From positions 1-35,384 of the forward strand of contig CAYSVS010000008.1 in the NCBI GenBank assembly GCA_964434475.1: a DNA stretch of 35,384 bases, given 5' to 3'. Of this stretch, positions 30,598 to 35,384 are shown piece by piece (the stretch's first letter is position 1; every line of letters starts with the position of its first letter). The translations under genes and the position numbers were made by a program. Under the pieces are notes generated by a model. That model worked only from the letters and a program-made list of their open reading frames with translations, made no database searches and was not told where the DNA came from. Origin of the DNA: an uncultured Methanosarcinales archaeon. Its GTDB lineage: Archaea > Nanobdellota > Nanobdellia > Woesearchaeales > CAYSVS01.

Positions 30598-30635
30598 TTT
30601 TTTTTATTTTTTTATTAACAATATACGTGTTAAGA

Positions 30636-31646
30636 ATGGACAAAAATGCTGAAGATAAAGTAACAAAAGAAGAAATCAAAGATTCGAGTAGTTCTATTTC
30701 TGTTGAAGATAACAAACAAGTTGAAATTAAAAGAAAAGATTCTGAACAAGAAAATAAAGTGTCAAAAAAAGAAGATAAAAAAAATCAGATCGATAAACTT
30801 GCTCAAAAAAGAAAAGAAGTTAGCGAACTCAGAACAGAACTTAACGCTATAAATGAGCAAAAAGAAAAATGGTTCAAAAAAAAGGAAGAGCTGAATAAAC
30901 AGATAGCATCTCTTATCAAGGAACTCAAAGGCAGCAAAAGCAAAAGAAATATGCTTACCAAAGATGTCAAGAAAAATAAGAAAGAAAGGGATGATATGAA
31001 CAAAAATATAAGAGAAAAAATAGAAAAAGCTAAAATAATTCAAGAAGAGAAAAAAAGCATTCTGGATAAATACAAAATAAAAAAAGATCCTTCAAAAATA
31101 AAAGAGGAGATAGATAAACTTGAATTCAAGATTGAAACAGAGCCTATGTCTTTCAAAGCAGAAAAAAATATTATGGATAAAATAAAACAGCTAAAAAAAC
31201 AGTATAAAGAGCTCGAGAATGTCAGCAAAATTTTTGAAAAATCACACGAAATATCAAAAGAGATTAAAGAACTTAAGAAAAAGGCAGAAGAAACACATAA
31301 AGGCGTACAGAACAAAGCTAAAGAGAGCCAATCAAAACATGAAGAGATGCTGGGAGCTTCAAAAGATCTTGACAATATCAAGGAAGAAGAAAAAAAAGCC
31401 TTTGAGACATTCATAGAACGTAAAAGGAAATTCAGCGAAGTTAACAACAAACTTCAGGAAAAACTTATAGAACTAAATAAATTAAGAGAAAAATCAGAAG
31501 GTATAAAACAGAAAAAAAAGAAAAAAGCCAGGAAAAACTTAGAAAAGAAACTAAAAGAAAAACAGATAGATGTTGAAGAAAAGATAAAAAAAGGCATCAA
31601 ACTCACAACAGAAGACCTGCTAGTATTTCAAAGAAAGAAAAAGTAA
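30636..31646 (+). CDS. Archaeal coiled-coil protein (COG1340-like)
   Basis: Long heptad run with LEFKIETEPMSFKAEK and C-terminal KLTTEDLLVFQ. Confidence 0.8.
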   Translation: MDKNAEDKVTKEEIKDSSSSISVEDNKQVEIKRKDSEQENKVSKKEDKKNQIDKLAQKRKEVSELRTELNAINEQKEKWFKKKEELNKQIASLIKELKGSKSKRNMLTKDVKKNKKERDDMNKNIREKIEKAKIIQEEKKSILDKYKIKKDPSKIKEEIDKLEFKIETEPMSFKAEKNIMDKIKQLKKQYKELENVSKIFEKSHEISKEIKELKKKAEETHKGVQNKAKESQSKHEEMLGASKDLDNIKEEEKKAFETFIERKRKFSEVNNKLQEKLIELNKLREKSEGIKQKKKKKARKNLEKKLKEKQIDVEEKIKKGIKLTTEDLLVFQRKKK

Positions 31647-31720
31647 TCACTGTTTCTAGACAACTTTAAGAGTGACGATTTACGCAAGATTTTTAAATAT
31701 ATATCATTAATTACAGATTA

Positions 31721-32257
31721 GTGGTTAATGTGTGGGGGAACGATAATTTTAGAATTGAACTTTTCGGCGATATAGCTAATTTCAGCTTAGACAATATAGT
31801 ATGTTTCTATAAAACACAATCTGAAGATAATGAAGAACTTTTAAATAAAGAAAATTCTAACTTATTAGAAAAATTAGCAAAGTCATATGAAAAAGGAAAG
31901 ATAACAGACTATGTGAAAATATCTTGGAACAAATATTCAGAATATCCTACGATTAAAACACAGCCAAACCAGTATATTTTTGGTTTTGATATACATGGAA
32001 ATAAAATAGATATAGATGGAGGATTATTTGACCAGAGAATCTCAGACATATATGTGCTGATGGCAGACCATAAAGGTCCTGACCATGATAAAAATGAATT
32101 TATTTCCAATATTTCTCATAATAATCAACCATATTTAAGAATCTGTATCAAAAAACATTATCAACAAAAAGAATTGATAGATAAAGGCAAAAGATCTATT
32201 TCTGAACTCAAAAACACTACAGAGTATTTGATACTCCTTAATAGTGATAAAAAATAG
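31721..32257 (+). CDS. Hypothetical protein
   Basis: 178-aa ORF after a TATA-like TTTTAAAT; no recognised motif. Confidence 0.6.
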   Translation: MVNVWGNDNFRIELFGDIANFSLDNIVCFYKTQSEDNEELLNKENSNLLEKLAKSYEKGKITDYVKISWNKYSEYPTIKTQPNQYIFGFDIHGNKIDIDGGLFDQRISDIYVLMADHKGPDHDKNEFISNISHNNQPYLRICIKKHYQQKELIDKGKRSISELKNTTEYLILLNSDKK

Positions 32258-32292
32258 AAAGTTTTATAAAGTATAAGTACTTTAATAACTAC

Positions 32293-33342
32293 ATGGACTT
32301 AAGAAAAAGATTTTTAAAAAAAAACTATAAAACATTAGAAGGATTAGATAGTAGTTTGACTTGCTTACTTGAAATACCTGAAATTGAAAAAGAGTTAATT
32401 AAAGAAAAAGATCTTTCAAAATTATGGCCTTATTTAAGACAAAAACTAGACATAGTCAACAAAAATTTTGATAACGCAAGAAATAACATAGGGAAAAATA
32501 ACAAAAAAACCATGGAAGACTTAAGAAAAAAGGTCGAATACTACAACAATCTAAACAAATATGCTAATAAAATAGCAAATATTTCAAGGACAAGCCCAGA
32601 ACTAAAAGAATTTATAGCTGACCAAACACAAATCATACTAAAAGCCATACTAGATGGTCCTGAATATAAGATAACGACAGAAGAAAACAAAGATATTCAA
32701 TTATATACTTTTGAAAGAGATTATATAAAAGGAGCAAAAGGCGACGCTTTAGATATAACATACCTAGACAACGGTAAAATAATGTTTCATATTACAGATG
32801 CATCAGGAAAAGGCCCATTAGCCAAGATAGCTTCAAGAGAAATAAATGACAGGGCTAAGAAACTTGTAAATAAGAGATATAAACCAGGAAATATTATGAA
32901 AATGCTCAATAAATTAAATCTTTTTCCAAAATATTCATCAAGATATCTGACATCTGTAATCTGTATATACGATCCTAATAAAAAGAAAATAGAATATTCT
33001 GCAAAAGGACAAAATTTCTTTATTAAAAAAGGAAATACAGTAAAAGAACTAGGACCTACAGGATACCCTATTTATATGATCGATGATCTTGAAAATATAA
33101 CTGAAAGTATAGATGTAGGAACAGACGATAAATTGATATTATATACAGATGGTGTGTGCGACATAAAAGATAGGATTACAGGAGCATATAATTGGGATTT
33201 TGATAAAAAAACACTTACCCATCTTTTAAAAGATTCAAACAAAAAAACAGCCTATGAAATAGGAAATATTATCAAAGATTCTAGAGAAAATGCAGGCAGA
33301 TATACAGACGATGCTACACTAGCAGTGATTAATATAAAATAA
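32293..33342 (+). CDS. PP2C/SpoIIE (RsbU-like) Ser/Thr phosphatase
   Basis: KGDALD, ITDASGKG, LILYTDGV and TDDATL metal-binding motifs; helical N-terminal region. Confidence 0.88.
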   Translation: MDLRKRFLKKNYKTLEGLDSSLTCLLEIPEIEKELIKEKDLSKLWPYLRQKLDIVNKNFDNARNNIGKNNKKTMEDLRKKVEYYNNLNKYANKIANISRTSPELKEFIADQTQIILKAILDGPEYKITTEENKDIQLYTFERDYIKGAKGDALDITYLDNGKIMFHITDASGKGPLAKIASREINDRAKKLVNKRYKPGNIMKMLNKLNLFPKYSSRYLTSVICIYDPNKKKIEYSAKGQNFFIKKGNTVKELGPTGYPIYMIDDLENITESIDVGTDDKLILYTDGVCDIKDRITGAYNWDFDKKTLTHLLKDSNKKTAYEIGNIIKDSRENAGRYTDDATLAVINIK

Positions 33343-33377
33343 ATTATAGAATAAATAAAATCAGACAGAATAAAAAA

Positions 33378-33563
33378 TCATTTCTTAAACTCAGTATAAC
33401 CGCACTTACCGCAGGTTAATCTATCCTTATGTTCTGCCATAAAGACACCTGTTCCACATTTTGGACAAAATTTGTTCTTTGCTTTTCCTGATTCGTAATT
33501 CTTCCACTTGGCGCTTGTCCTTTTTTTCTTAACGTCTTTTGCTTTATCTTTTTTGTCTGCCAT
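33378..33563 (-). CDS. rps27ae: 30S ribosomal protein S27Ae
   Basis: [25 protein letters not shown] motif. Confidence 0.96.
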   Translation of the reverse strand: MADKKDKAKDVKKKRTSAKWKNYESGKAKNKFCPKCGTGVFMAEHKDRLTCGKCGYTEFKK

Positions 33564-33576
33564 AATTGATCACCGC

Positions 33577-34123
33577 TCATTCAGATTTTTCTTCTTTAGA
33601 CTCTTCTTTTTCTTCTGCAGAAGATTCTTCCTTTTTCTCTTCAGTTTCTGACTCTTTGTTAGACTCTGCATCCTTTTTCTCTTCTTCCTGTTTCTTCTCT
33701 TCTTCCTGTTTCTTCTCTTCTTCCTGTTTCTTCTCTTCTTCCTGTTTCTNNNNNNNNNNNNNNNNNNNNNNNNNNNNNNNNNNNNNNNNNNNNNNNNNNN
33801 NNNNNNNNNNNNNNNNNNNNNNNNNNNNNNNNNNNNNNNNNNNNNNNNNTTATCTTTTCTTTAGCTTTCTTGCCAAGCTTGATAATCTTTTTCATAATAG
33901 TCTCGTCTTGATAAATATGTGCAATAACCTTAGCCTTGGTTTTTCCAAACCTATTATATATATGCCTTATCTCTATAAGATTCTCTTTGACATTTGTTTT
34001 TTTAGCCAACTTTGCAATAATCTTTTCTTTTGAGGGCGTTGCACCTTCATAATCCAATTCAAGAGTAATTCTTTTTCTTGATAAAAGCGGAGTATCTCTT
34101 TCTTTTAAAACATTCATATCCAT
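33577..34123 (-). CDS. rps24e: 30S ribosomal protein S24e with repetitive acidic tail (spans an assembly gap)
   Basis: PLLSRKRI...ATPSK...FGKTKAKVIAHIY; after the gap the frame reads (KKQEEE)n...EKSE* with stop at 33577-33579. Confidence 0.9.
33677..33749. repeat. 18-bp tandem repeat (at least 4 copies) running into the gap
   Basis: TTCTCTTCTTCCTGTTTC repeated; encodes KKQEEE on the minus strand. Confidence 0.9.
33750..33849. other. Scaffold gap (100 N)
   Basis: Run of N characters. Confidence 1.
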
Positions 34124-34128
34124 AACAC

Positions 34129-34314
34129 TCACCTTACTTTGATAGCATATTCTCCTTTAACGGTTATATCCATCCTTTCTGCAATGTCTGACTTAACAGG
34201 ATCCAATATGTGTATTCTTCCCTGCCATGTCGTCGCAAAAGTATTGCCTTTGCATATAGGGCATTCGTTTCCGTCAACAAAGATTTTACACTTTTTACAT
34301 GCTTTCTTTTTCAT
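34129..34314 (-). CDS. spt4: Transcription elongation factor Spt4 (RpoE'')
   Basis: ACKKCK...CPIC...WQG...GEYAIKVR pattern. Confidence 0.96.
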   Translation of the reverse strand: MKKKACKKCKIFVDGNECPICKGNTFATTWQGRIHILDPVKSDIAERMDITVKGEYAIKVR

Positions 34315-34325
34315 TTTGATTCAAC

Positions 34326-34886
34326 CTATTTTTTCTTCTTTTCTTTTGATTTATTGAGATCTTCATCAATCCATTCAAGCTTTCCTAATCCTGCTTGTCT
34401 CATAGTTAAACCGAATTTTGGGTTTGTCAAGTCTTTATAGCTTACAGCTATTATTCTTGCTCTACATTTATCGCCAACCTTTAGGTTTCTTTTTGTGTCT
34501 TTTCCTAACAATGCCTTGTCTTTTGAAAAACTGACAAAATCATCCATAGTCTGGGAGACATGAATCATACCTTCTATAGGACCTAAACTTAAGAAAGCTC
34601 CGAAATCAGCTATATCTTTTATCTTTCCTATACATATCTCCTGCAAATCAGGCTTGAATGTCAACAGTTCAAAGTTAGTCTCGTAATAAGCTGCTCCATC
34701 TCCTGGAATGATTATACCTTCCTGAATATCATTGATTTTGTCTATATCGATGACTATACCTAAATCTTTAGATATATAGCCTTCATAATCTTTCTTTATC
34801 CTTTTGATTATTGCCTTTTCCTTTGTCAGACCAAACAACTCAGGCGGCACTCTTATATGATCCTTAACTTCAGTTCTATAAAACAT
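34326..34886 (-). CDS. rpoE1: DNA-directed RNA polymerase subunit E' (Rpo7)
   Basis: IRVPP, IIPGDGAAYY, FGAFLSLGPIEGMIHVSQ and LTMRQAGLGK motifs. Confidence 0.97.
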   Translation of the reverse strand: MFYRTEVKDHIRVPPELFGLTKEKAIIKRIKKDYEGYISKDLGIVIDIDKINDIQEGIIIPGDGAAYYETNFELLTFKPDLQEICIGKIKDIADFGAFLSLGPIEGMIHVSQTMDDFVSFSKDKALLGKDTKRNLKVGDKCRARIIAVSYKDLTNPKFGLTMRQAGLGKLEWIDEDLNKSKEKKKK

Positions 34887-34898
34887 ATTCTTTTCCTC

Positions 34899-35282
34899 CT
34901 AAAGCAATTTAAGGTATTTTTTTTGTCTTAGTATTATCAATCTTATGTTTTTCTGTTTAAGCTTTTCTTTTAATTCCTTATCGTTTGTAGCGACTATTAT
35001 TTCTTCTTCTTCTGCGATATCCACTATCAGATCATCAACAATCTTATTATCATCTGTAGGGATTATTTTTATATCTTTATGTTTTATCAAAGACATTGCC
35101 AATTTTGCAGCATCCTTGTCTTTGCCCCTCTCTTTTTCAACAAGCTTTTCCAGCTCATCTATTGTCTTATCAACAATATAAAGCCTGTACTTAAAATTGC
35201 ATATCCTGCGAATTTCCTCAAAAATATCAACATTGAATTGATATGGTATAAGTAGGAAATTTGTATCTAAGACTATTTTCAT
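34899..35282 (-). CDS. PIN-domain protein (Fcf1/Utp24-like)
   Basis: VLDTNFL, TIDELEKL, VDD and VATNDKELK motifs; usual position upstream of rpoE1. Confidence 0.92.
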   Translation of the reverse strand: MKIVLDTNFLLIPYQFNVDIFEEIRRICNFKYRLYIVDKTIDELEKLVEKERGKDKDAAKLAMSLIKHKDIKIIPTDDNKIVDDLIVDIAEEEEIIVATNDKELKEKLKQKNIRLIILRQKKYLKLL

Positions 35283-35384
35283 TAATATAGTCTAGAATCT
35301 ATAAAGTATTTATAAATGTTTTGGATGAATGTATGTGCATAGCTAATAATTCTTGAAATCATCGCATCTATATTCTCCAGTACA

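Noticed and set aside
29387..31450. Ser/Phe-rich minus-strand ORFs here and opposite other K/E-rich genes
   Set aside because: Antisense shadows of GAA/AAA-rich coding sequence.
33659..33749. ETGRRE repeats at the S24e C-terminus in the ORF track
   Set aside because: Wrong frame caused by the 100-N placeholder gap; the KKQEEE frame reaches a stop just before rps27ae.

Overview
AT-rich archaeal chromosomal window, most consistent with a DPANN (Woesearchaeota-like) genome. The assignment rests on a divergent archaeal 16S, TATA/BRE promoters, LonB, PAC2, and archaeal RNAP and ribosomal genes. Housekeeping content: 16S rRNA (minus strand, 3' tip outside the window), lonB, rpl35ae, METTL5-rpoL-AMMECR1-uppS, idsA/UbiA prenyltransferases, rpl1-rpl10-rpl12, and PIN-rpoE1-spt4-rps24e-rps27ae. 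Two regions stand out. (1) 7.1-17.0 kb: a tightly coupled eight-gene cluster of a STAND-like AAA+/wHTH ATPase, four membrane proteins and three helical proteins that all end in [K/R]AA. One membrane protein carries a lytic transglycosylase (SLT)-like domain. The cluster is preceded by four TATACC-N4-GGTATA-type operators and a candidate small RNA, and may be a bacterial-wall-targeting contact or secretion apparatus. (2) 18.6-27.7 kb: three adjacent HTH genes lie among three DNA motif families: two 5x11-bp GGACTAT arrays beside an A-rich tract, 11 AAAAGTGAG sites and four TYCCGAC sites. This is a candidate origin or segregation locus. The 16S also contains a 43-nt bulge-helix-bulge intron, and one ORF has an in-frame TGA. 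All functional calls come from motif recognition by eye; no searches were run.
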